52,364 bases of DNA. It comes from a virus (lineage: Duplodnaviria; Caudoviricetes). The stretch is taken from positions 1 to 52,364 of IMG/VR virus record IMGVR_UViG_3300030380_005007; one strand, given 5' to 3'. The translations under genes were made by a program, and so were the position numbers. Below are positions 28,698 through 35,908 of this stretch, one piece after another. The notes beneath the pieces were generated by a model. The model saw only the letters and a program-made list of their open reading frames with translations, had not been told where the DNA came from and did no database searches. Positions within the stretch are counted from its first letter, which is position 1. Every line of letters begins with the position of its first letter.

Positions 28698-29002
28698 GGT
28701 AGTTTTTTTAAGCAGGTCTACCAACTACTGCCTATCTCGGAATTATACTCTTGCTCTAGGCTCTCAAGAGTTTTGTAGTTAGTGCATGGTGGTTTAGTTC
28801 TCATTTACTTTTATCCTTAACCTCTTCAAGCCAACCGAATTGATACAGAAAGGTTTTTATAAAGGCTCACTCCTAACTACTATGTATGTGGGCGATTGGA
28901 TTAGTTAGTCGGGATACAGTCGGGACAAAAATTGTCGGGACTGTGGTCGGACTAAGATAGTTAGTAATCGCTAATTTACCTATCAATCCTCGCACATACA
29001 TA
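28698..29002 (-). ncRNA. Structured 5' leader of leftward early operon
   Basis: TATGTATGTG/CACATACATA (28881/28993), GTAGTTAG/CTAACTAC, CTCTTG/CAAGAG stems and a pseudoknot at 28698-28731; TTGACA on minus strand at 29036-29031. Confidence 0.5.
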
Positions 29003-29007
29003 TACCC

Positions 29008-29110
29008 ATCTTGGAGACAGATTGTAGAAATGTCAATACTTAATATGAAAATAATTGAATTAAAAATAAATGATACAAATTGTAGAAATACGTATTGAGA
29101 TAGGTATAAT
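29008..29110. promoter_or_regulatory. Divergent early promoters with TACAAATTGTA palindrome
   Basis: Minus TTGACA-17-CAAGAT; plus TATAAT 29105-29110; ATTGTAGAAAT repeated at 29021 and 29079. Confidence 0.55.
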
Positions 29111-29139
29111 AGAAGGATAACAAAATGGAGATATAGAAA

Positions 29140-29442
29140 ATGAATGAATATTTAAATATGTACCGTTTAGGCAAGTTTGCAGAAACGAAAAAAAATGCTG
29201 AGGGTAAAAGAGTCGCATTACATGACGGCACTTACTACGGACTACAAGGGACAGTAGCAGTCGTTGATTATGAGACTGGTTATAGAGCCTTAAAAAAAGA
29301 TTTCAGCAATGAATATATTGATTTAACTCAATCAGAAATTGATTCTTGGAATGAAGGTCAAGGATTAAATAAAGAAGATGTAAGATCAATTGTTGCTTAC
29401 AGCTTTACGGGTGGAATTAGGTTGCAAAATGATATTAATTAA
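29140..29442 (+). CDS. Hypothetical early protein
   Basis: GGAGA RBS, promoter upstream. Confidence 0.6.
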   Translation: MNEYLNMYRLGKFAETKKNAEGKRVALHDGTYYGLQGTVAVVDYETGYRALKKDFSNEYIDLTQSEIDSWNEGQGLNKEDVRSIVAYSFTGGIRLQNDIN

Positions 29443-29683
29443 TTACGGAATTCAAGACGGTGAGAATGAATATACAGAATGGGATTGCGATATTAATTTC
29501 TCTAAAGCTGATTATGACAATGGCAAGGTAAAAGATTTTGATCTTTTACAAGATATGTATTCAGTAGATGAAGATGACTTTGACGGCAACAACGCATATT
29601 GGGATAGCGATAGATTGGTATATGTTGAAAGTGTCCAAGATATTGATCAAGAAACGCTAGATATTTTAAGGAGATATGTATGA
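29390..29683 (+). CDS. Highly acidic early protein (true start probably 29429)
   Basis: Asp/Glu-rich. Confidence 0.55.
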   Translation: MLLTALRVELGCKMILINYGIQDGENEYTEWDCDINFSKADYDNGKVKDFDLLQDMYSVDEDDFDGNNAYWDSDRLVYVESVQDIDQETLDILRRYV

Positions 29684-29997
29684 TAAGCACAATGACAAAA
29701 AGCGATTTTAAAAATTGGTTTAGATCAAGTTCATACAAAAATAATTTTTCTTACATGGGGTTAGATGCTTTGTTTGATTACCTAGAAGAATTAGAGGACG
29801 ATACAGGTGTCAAAATAGAATTTGATCCTATTGCTATTTGTTGCGATTTTGTAGAGTACGATAGCCTAGAAGAAATTACAGAAATGTATGACTCAATAGA
29901 AACGCTTGAAGATTTGGAAATGGAAACAACTGTTATTCGAATATATGAGTATGACGGCAAAACGGAAACAGGGGGTTATATTATTAGAGATTTTTAA
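29680..29997 (+). CDS. Acidic early protein
   Basis: AGGAG RBS; NFSYMGLDALFDYLEE...DPIAICCDF. Confidence 0.65.
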   Translation: MISTMTKSDFKNWFRSSSYKNNFSYMGLDALFDYLEELEDDTGVKIEFDPIAICCDFVEYDSLEEITEMYDSIETLEDLEMETTVIRIYEYDGKTETGGYIIRDF

Positions 29998-30018
29998 CTG
30001 TATCTCCGTTGCAGTTAG

Positions 30019-30044
30019 GGGCTACTTAGGTAGCCCTTTTTTTT
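30019..30044 (+). terminator. Intrinsic terminator
   Basis: GGGCTAC-TTAG-GTAGCCC + T8. Confidence 0.85.
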
Positions 30045-30306
30045 ACCTACTGTCCCCAACAAAATTATATAGACTTCTTTAATAGGGCAATTAATAGCAT
30101 TTCCCTTGTTGATCGGCTTTCCCTTTTAAAAATTTGAGGGTGTCGGGTGTCGGGATTGTCGGGGTCGGGATTAGAATTAGTCGGGTCGGGATTTTGTTTA
30201 GATATATATAGATATAGATATAGATATAGATAAAAAAATATATATATGTAGTCGTTGGATCGAAAAAACGGCGGGCCCGCTGGATCGTCCGGGCTGCTAA
30301 TTAAAT

Positions 30307-30334
30307 TTGATATGTAGGATACAAAGAGTATAAT
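30307..30334 (+). promoter_or_regulatory. Sigma70-like early promoter
   Basis: TTGATA-16-TATAAT. Confidence 0.65.
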
Positions 30335-30364
30335 AAGCTTATAACTTAACGGAGAAATTAAATT

Positions 30365-30901
30365 ATGAATGACATATATATAGAAAATATAAACCTTAAA
30401 AACTCAAGGAAACACTTTCCGCGAACAACCAAAAATTATTATTGGCATTTCGTAGACGGTTTAAAATTGGTTTTTAGTTACAGAACTTTAATTGCAATTG
30501 ATCGGCTTGTTTCGGTTAACAATTGGAGCCGAACAACCGCGCGGCATTTGTTCTGGTATAGCGGCAGCGATAAAGATCACCCGCGCGTTAATGATTTCAA
30601 CGAACAAGCGCGAGAGATTTTAAAGGATGCCGGGCTGTTAGAAGAGCGCAACCCGCTTAAATCAATTGCGGCTATCTCTTCAATATTTTCGCTGATGTCC
30701 AATGAAGAGGATGAAGGATCTATAAGAAGGTCAAATAATCAGCGTAAAAGGTTTTACGAAACACATCCAGGAATAACATTTCCAGATGATTGGGACAGCC
30801 TAACAACCGCCGACCAAAAAAAGCGGTTAGATATGTGCGACCTAGCGGGACTGGAGAAAAGTAACGATATTGTAAATAGTCCCACATCTAAAACCGCTTA
30901 A
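30365..30901 (+). CDS. Hypothetical early protein
   Basis: GGAGA RBS; FSYRTLIA...WSRTTARH motif. Confidence 0.65.
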   Translation: MNDIYIENINLKNSRKHFPRTTKNYYWHFVDGLKLVFSYRTLIAIDRLVSVNNWSRTTARHLFWYSGSDKDHPRVNDFNEQAREILKDAGLLEERNPLKSIAAISSIFSLMSNEEDEGSIRRSNNQRKRFYETHPGITFPDDWDSLTTADQKKRLDMCDLAGLEKSNDIVNSPTSKTA

Positions 30902-30921
30902 TCTCTCTATCTCCGAGAGTG

Positions 30922-30946
30922 CCCCCGCTAGTCGGGGGTTTTTTTT
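30922..30946 (+). terminator. Intrinsic terminator
   Basis: CCCCCG-CTAGT-CGGGGG + T8. Confidence 0.85.
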
Positions 30947-31011
30947 GTCTGTCGGGTGTCGGGGTCGGGGGTCGGGTTTTTTTATATATAGTTAGTAAAA
31001 ATTAATTATAA

Positions 31012-31043
<32 letters not shown>

Positions 31044-31200
31044 CTAAAAAATGGATCCAGCTCGATCCATCTAGATCCAAAATGGATCCAGCGGATCCAG
31101 CGGATCCACCGCAAGGTCATATATAACTATTGCTTATAATGTCCTTCCCGGTAATATCATTTATATGAATGTTCGCAGCTGAGCAAAAAGACCCCCTAAT

Positions 31201-31231
31201 TTCTACAATTTGTAGCAAGATCGATTATAAT
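31201..31231 (+). promoter_or_regulatory. Early promoter with CTACAATTTGTAG palindrome
   Basis: TATAAT 31226-31231; palindrome 31203-31215 covers the -35 position. Confidence 0.55.
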
Positions 31232-31295
31232 AAAACCACTGGCGCCAAAAGGCGGCAGCATTTACGGGGGCAGAGCCCCCGAGGAGATAGAAAGT

Positions 31296-31631
31296 ATGCT
31301 AGAAGTAGACTTTAGAGATTGCTCGGAAGAGTGCAAAGAAAAGCTGAATAAGTTCCAGTTCTATATTGGTTCTTACATGATGGCGATTGGTATCGGTGAG
31401 ATCACCGAGAAAAATGTAAATGAAGTATATGCAAGATTGCTGATCCTTCACACATCATCTGATGTTCATTTAGAAGGTGAGCCTTGGATGACTTACGATA
31501 TGGTTAAGCTACTCATTGGCGCCAAGTTCAATGTGGCTTATGAGAAAGCATCCGTATGGTCAACAAGAATGTATAAATGCGTTCTTAGAGAAGTCGAGAG
31601 AAATCTTGATAAACAGAAAGAGGTGGCTTAA
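31296..31631 (+). CDS. Hypothetical early protein
   Basis: GAGGAG RBS. Confidence 0.65.
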   Translation: MLEVDFRDCSEECKEKLNKFQFYIGSYMMAIGIGEITEKNVNEVYARLLILHTSSDVHLEGEPWMTYDMVKLLIGAKFNVAYEKASVWSTRMYKCVLREVERNLDKQKEVA

Positions 31632-31918
31632 TGAAAGATCTAATCCTTAGATGGCTTGGTCTTGATCAGACTGTAGCTACTGACGAGCAAGTCGAGAAAG
31701 TGGTTGAGAGAGTAGTCGAAAGACTACTCGCTCAAAACTACGACTTCGACGGTTTCACTTCTAGAGTCGAAGACCTAGAAGGACTGGTAGAAGATATCGA
31801 GCGATACGTTGAGGATCACTCTGTAGGACTTGAGACGCTTGAGGAAAGAGTAGATGACATCTACTCACCTGATGGGTTCGAGCTCACTTTAACCGCAAAG
31901 ACTCAAGAGGTGGCGTAA
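31631..31918 (+). CDS. Acidic coiled-coil early protein
   Basis: GAGGTG RBS, TAATG coupling. Confidence 0.6.
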   Translation: MKDLILRWLGLDQTVATDEQVEKVVERVVERLLAQNYDFDGFTSRVEDLEGLVEDIERYVEDHSVGLETLEERVDDIYSPDGFELTLTAKTQEVA

Positions 31919-32241
31919 TGACAGATATCAATAACTATCTTGAGTCCAAGGTCCGAATCACTCCCATTAGTGGGAGTGGCTCGGTATATGCGCAGTCCCT
32001 AATTTCTAGGGGCTTCGCTGACACGCGAGCAACCAAGATTGGCGAGGCGATCGATAACGACGATATGCTGGCTCTAGCTTACGCAATCGGTTCATGCGAT
32101 GACTATTACTATCCTTGGCTGATCGAGAATGAGCCGATCCTCTTCTTATACTTTAGGAAGAACGCGCCTCATATGAAGGACGACATCGACTGGATGGATC
32201 AGCGGATCCGCCAACACTTGGAGAAGAGAAATGATAAGTAG
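31918..32241 (+). CDS. Hypothetical early protein
   Basis: GAGGTG RBS, TAATG coupling. Confidence 0.6.
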   Translation: MTDINNYLESKVRITPISGSGSVYAQSLISRGFADTRATKIGEAIDNDDMLALAYAIGSCDDYYYPWLIENEPILFLYFRKNAPHMKDDIDWMDQRIRQHLEKRNDK

Positions 32242-32434
32242 ACCTTGGAGATCATACTCATACGGCGATCCGTCGCCTTGCACTTGCGGATCCGGAAAGG
32301 ATCGAGCGATCTGCAAGGATCGGCTCGGCAACTTCGTCACTTACTTCTGCGAGGACTGCGAGGATCAGCATCTGCCCAGCTGGGATCCAAGCATATGGAC
32401 CAAGCAGATCCGCTACGAGGAGTGTGATTGGTAA
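32231..32434 (+). CDS. Cys-rich Zn-binding small protein
   Basis: PCTCGSGK (SEC-C-like) and CEDC. Confidence 0.6.
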   Translation: MISRPWRSYSYGDPSPCTCGSGKDRAICKDRLGNFVTYFCEDCEDQHLPSWDPSIWTKQIRYEECDW

Positions 32435-32453
32435 TTAGATCCAACTGGATCGA

Positions 32454-32478
32454 GGGGGCTGATCGCCCCCTTTTTTTT
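32454..32478 (+). terminator. Intrinsic terminator
   Basis: GGGGGC-TGATC-GCCCCC + T8. Confidence 0.85.
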
Positions 32479-32841
32479 GGTCGGGTTGGTCGGGTCGGGT
32501 CGAGGCATACAGATGGATCAGCTTTCTTTTTCTGATCAGCAAATATATAAGTAGCTAAAAAAAAGATCTGATCAACGCTTTTACTGGGCCCAAATATTGT
32601 CCGCCCAGGTCGCCCTGGTTCCTTAACCCAAGGGGGGGAAAGGGGACCAAAAACACCCTTTTTTTTCCAAAAACACCCGGTTTTTGATCAAAAACATGAT
32701 TCTTTTGGATCCAAACTTTAGATCAGATCGGGCTTAATTTGCACCCCCCACCCCCCTAAATCGAGGGGTGTTACCGTATACTAGGTTACAGGCAATAATA
32801 CACATACTAATTCTGGTATTTTTTAACTTTTGAATCTTTGC

Positions 32842-32870
32842 TTGTAAAGGATTCTTTAGTCGGCTATTAT
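32842..32870 (+). promoter_or_regulatory. Putative late-operon promoter
   Basis: TTGTAA-17-TATTAT; predicted +1 at ~32877 coincides with hairpin start. Confidence 0.6.
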
Positions 32871-32876
32871 TCTTAC

Positions 32877-32941
32877 AAGCGAGTAAGGTATTTAGCACTT
32901 CGTTCATACTATCTTCTCCAAGACTTTTGCTTTACTCGCTT
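32877..32941 (+). ncRNA. Putative multi-target antisense hairpin RNA (late leader)
   Basis: AAGCGAGTAA/TTACTCGCTT stem; loop has 10-12 nt perfect complements to five gene starts in this genome. Confidence 0.7.
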
Positions 32942-32968
32942 ACTAAAAAATATATGTAGGAAAAAAAT

Positions 32969-34099
32969 ATGGGTTTATTTTCAAAATTACGTAAAAAAGT
33001 TAAAGCAAAAAAAGTAGCTAAAAAAATTATTTCCCCTAAAATTGCAAAATCAGGACGCGGCGGTATTCTTAACGAAATAAGAGAACGCGGCGGTTTTGCC
33101 GGAGCTATTCCGCTACCGAGAAGAAATCCTTTTATTAATAGGATTAAAGATTTAAATATGGATGACAGAGGAATGATGTTGGATAGGTTTAGACAATTAG
33201 GTAAACCACGTCTAGGTTTCGGTTTAGGAGAACTTCTTCCACGTATTAAAGATAAGGTACCCTTGGCGCCGGTTTTTTCTGGTATGCCGATGCCTCAAAT
33301 GGTAGGTGAACCCCAAATGCTTACGCAGCCAATTTCTAGAGTCCCAGTCGAAGAAAATATTTCTGAAATTTATGACTCTGGCTTTGCGATGCGTGATAAG
33401 CAAATGGATATGATGGAACCAAGAATGATGATGGCGGACGGGGATGTTGCACTTTCAGGAGAAGCTGCAGCCGAAAGTTTAGATAGTTTCTTAAATGCTA
33501 ATCCAGAACAAGTTGAATTTGGAATGGAATCCAGACTTAGAAATGTAACGTTAGAAATGATGGATGCTTTGAGCAGAGGCGATCTGGATGCAGTTAGAGA
33601 ACTTGAAGCAGAAAAAATAATGCTTGAAAAAATGCTTAAAGATAAAAAAATGCCTAAATACGGACCTCCTCCGCAAAGACCAGAGGGTATGGCAGCCGGC
33701 GGCGAAGCTAAACCAGACTTTTTAGATTTCGACAACGACGGCGATAAAGAAGAATCGATGAAACAAGCGCTTCAACAAAAAAATAAATTTGCTGAAGGCG
33801 ACGAAGTCAGTATGATGCTGATGGAAATGGATGAGGGTGATGATATGTCAGAAGAAGAAATGGAAGGCTTAGAAGGTTTAAGCGAAGTATCCGGTCCTGA
33901 AACCGAAATGCTTAACAATATTATTAACCAAATTATTGAACTAATTGCGCAAGGCGCGACTGAAGAGCAAATCATTCAATTCTTGATGGAACAAGGTCTT
34001 GACGAAGAAGATATTACTGAAGTGATGAGCATGCTTTCTCAGGAAATGACTGCAGGTGGAGAAGAGGGTATAGATTCTCAATTAGCTGCTCTCGGCTAA
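32969..34099 (+). CDS. Low-complexity late protein (basic N-terminus, acidic C-terminus, DxDxDG motif)
   Basis: DFLDFDNDGDKEESMK; Met/Glu-rich. Confidence 0.6.
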   Translation: MGLFSKLRKKVKAKKVAKKIISPKIAKSGRGGILNEIRERGGFAGAIPLPRRNPFINRIKDLNMDDRGMMLDRFRQLGKPRLGFGLGELLPRIKDKVPLAPVFSGMPMPQMVGEPQMLTQPISRVPVEENISEIYDSGFAMRDKQMDMMEPRMMMADGDVALSGEAAAESLDSFLNANPEQVEFGMESRLRNVTLEMMDALSRGDLDAVRELEAEKIMLEKMLKDKKMPKYGPPPQRPEGMAAGGEAKPDFLDFDNDGDKEESMKQALQQKNKFAEGDEVSMMLMEMDEGDDMSEEEMEGLEGLSEVSGPETEMLNNIINQIIELIAQGATEEQIIQFLMEQGLDEEDITEVMSMLSQEMTAGGEEGIDSQLAALG

Positions 34100-34100
34100 G

Positions 34101-34442
34101 ATGCAAGATATCGATAAGGCTTTAGCGGAATTAAGCGCTCTTGGTCCTATCTCAGATGATCCTCTGTACTCAATCAGTATGGCGGTCTTTGGTCCAACCG
34201 GTAAATTAAAACTTGCTGATCTTGCTATCGATTTAGCCAAACACTCAAGAATCAAATCGTTAATTAATTCTGGAACTGCTGGAGATCGAGCAGAAGCAAA
34301 AAGAATTTACGAAACAATTAAAATTAAAGATCCAGATAAAGCCAACGAGCTTTATACGGATATGTTAAATGAAGGCAAAAAGATTGTCGGAACCGAAGAT
34401 ATTACCAAGATGGCTAAAGAGTACGGTTTTAAAATAAAGTAA
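34101..34442 (+). CDS. Hypothetical protein
   Basis: 113 aa before terL. Confidence 0.55.
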   Translation: MQDIDKALAELSALGPISDDPLYSISMAVFGPTGKLKLADLAIDLAKHSRIKSLINSGTAGDRAEAKRIYETIKIKDPDKANELYTDMLNEGKKIVGTEDITKMAKEYGFKIK

Positions 34443-34447
34443 AAAGT

Positions 34448-35908
34448 ATGGACCTGTCACATTTGACAGAATCAGAGCTCAAAGAAGCTCTGCTGTTAGT
34501 AGAAAAACAACAAGGCTTCGCCGTTCAGGAGGAGTGTCAACAATCGTTTTTAAAATATATCAATCAGATGTGGCCCGAGTTTATCTGCGGTCGCCATCAT
34601 CAGATTTTTGCCGAGAAACTTGAACAAGTTGCGCAAGGCAAAATCAATCGTTTGATTATCAATATGCCACCTCGTCATACCAAATCTGAATTTGCTTCAA
34701 CGTATTTTCCGTCTTGGATAATGGGTATGCAACCAAAAATGAAAATAATGCAGACCACTCATACCGGCGAACTGGCCGTTAGGTTTGGTAGGAAAGTTAG
34801 AAACTTGATGGAGCAAAAAGAATACAAGCAGGTATTTCCAGATGTAAAGCTGCAAGCCGACAACAAATCAGCCGGTCGTTGGGAAACCAATAAGGGTGGC
34901 GAATACTTTGCAGCGGGTGTTGGTGGAGCCGTAACCGGAAGGGGTGCGGATTTATTAATTATTGATGACCCGCATTCAGAACAAGATGCGCTGTCGCCGA
35001 ATGCGTTGGAGAGTGCGTATGAATGGTACACCTCTGGACCTCGTCAGCGTTTGCAACCCAAAGGCGCGATTGTTATTGTAATGACGCGTTGGTCTTCAAT
35101 CGACTTGACCGCTAAATTACTTGAAGCGCAAAAAGAACCTTTGGCAGATCAATGGGAAGTGATAGAGTTCCCTGCAATTTTTCCTGATACCGAGAAACCT
35201 TTATGGCCTGAGTTTTGGTCGCAAGATGAATTATTGAAAGTTAAGGCGTCGTTGCCTGGCATGAAATGGAATGCTCAGTGGATGCAACAACCAACCGCTG
35301 AAGAGGGATCGATCATCAAACGCGAGTGGTGGCAAAGGTGGGAAAATGATTCCTTGCCGGGCGTAAAATATATTATGCAAAGTTACGATACTGCGTTTTC
35401 CAAAAAACAAACCGCAGACTATTCTGCGATTTCAACTTGGGGTGTATTTAAGCCAACGGAAGATTCACCTGATTGTGTTATCTTATTGGATTCGCAAAAA
35501 GGTCGCTGGGACTTTCCAGAACTTAAAGAAATTGCGATGCGCGAATACCAATATTGGCAATCGGATATGGTTTTGATTGAGGCGAAAGCATCCGGAACTC
35601 CGTTGACGCATGAACTGCGGCGAATGGGAATACCGGTGGTTAATTATTCGCCAACGCGTGGCCATGATAAACATTCAAGAATGCACTCGGTTGCTCCGAT
35701 CTTTGAAGCCGGTATGGTTTGGGCACCCAATCGTATGTTTGCAGAAGATATGATTGAGGAATGTGCTGCATTTCCATTTGGCGCTAATGACGATTTATGT
35801 GATACTATGACCCAAGCGTTAATGCGATTCCGCGAAGGTGGATTTGTTTACTTAGATAGCGATTACGACGACGAAGAACGTGAACCAAGAAAGAGAGTTT
35901 ATTACTAA
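34448..35908 (+). CDS. terL: Terminase large subunit
   Basis: MPPRHTKS Walker A, LLIIDDP Walker B, VMTRW, SYDTA, IEAKASG, DDLCD nuclease motifs. Confidence 0.95.
   Translation: MDLSHLTESELKEALLLVEKQQGFAVQEECQQSFLKYINQMWPEFICGRHHQIFAEKLEQVAQGKINRLIINMPPRHTKSEFASTYFPSWIMGMQPKMKIMQTTHTGELAVRFGRKVRNLMEQKEYKQVFPDVKLQADNKSAGRWETNKGGEYFAAGVGGAVTGRGADLLIIDDPHSEQDALSPNALESAYEWYTSGPRQRLQPKGAIVIVMTRWSSIDLTAKLLEAQKEPLADQWEVIEFPAIFPDTEKPLWPEFWSQDELLKVKASLPGMKWNAQWMQQPTAEEGSIIKREWWQRWENDSLPGVKYIMQSYDTAFSKKQTADYSAISTWGVFKPTEDSPDCVILLDSQKGRWDFPELKEIAMREYQYWQSDMVLIEAKASGTPLTHELRRMGIPVVNYSPTRGHDKHSRMHSVAPIFEAGMVWAPNRMFAEDMIEECAAFPFGANDDLCDTMTQALMRFREGGFVYLDSDYDDEEREPRKRVYY

Noticed and set aside
28698-28731. 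preQ1-I riboswitch
   Set aside because: The UUAAAAAAACUA tail is similar, but the loop lacks the expected consensus and no queuosine gene follows; kept only as a generic pseudoknot
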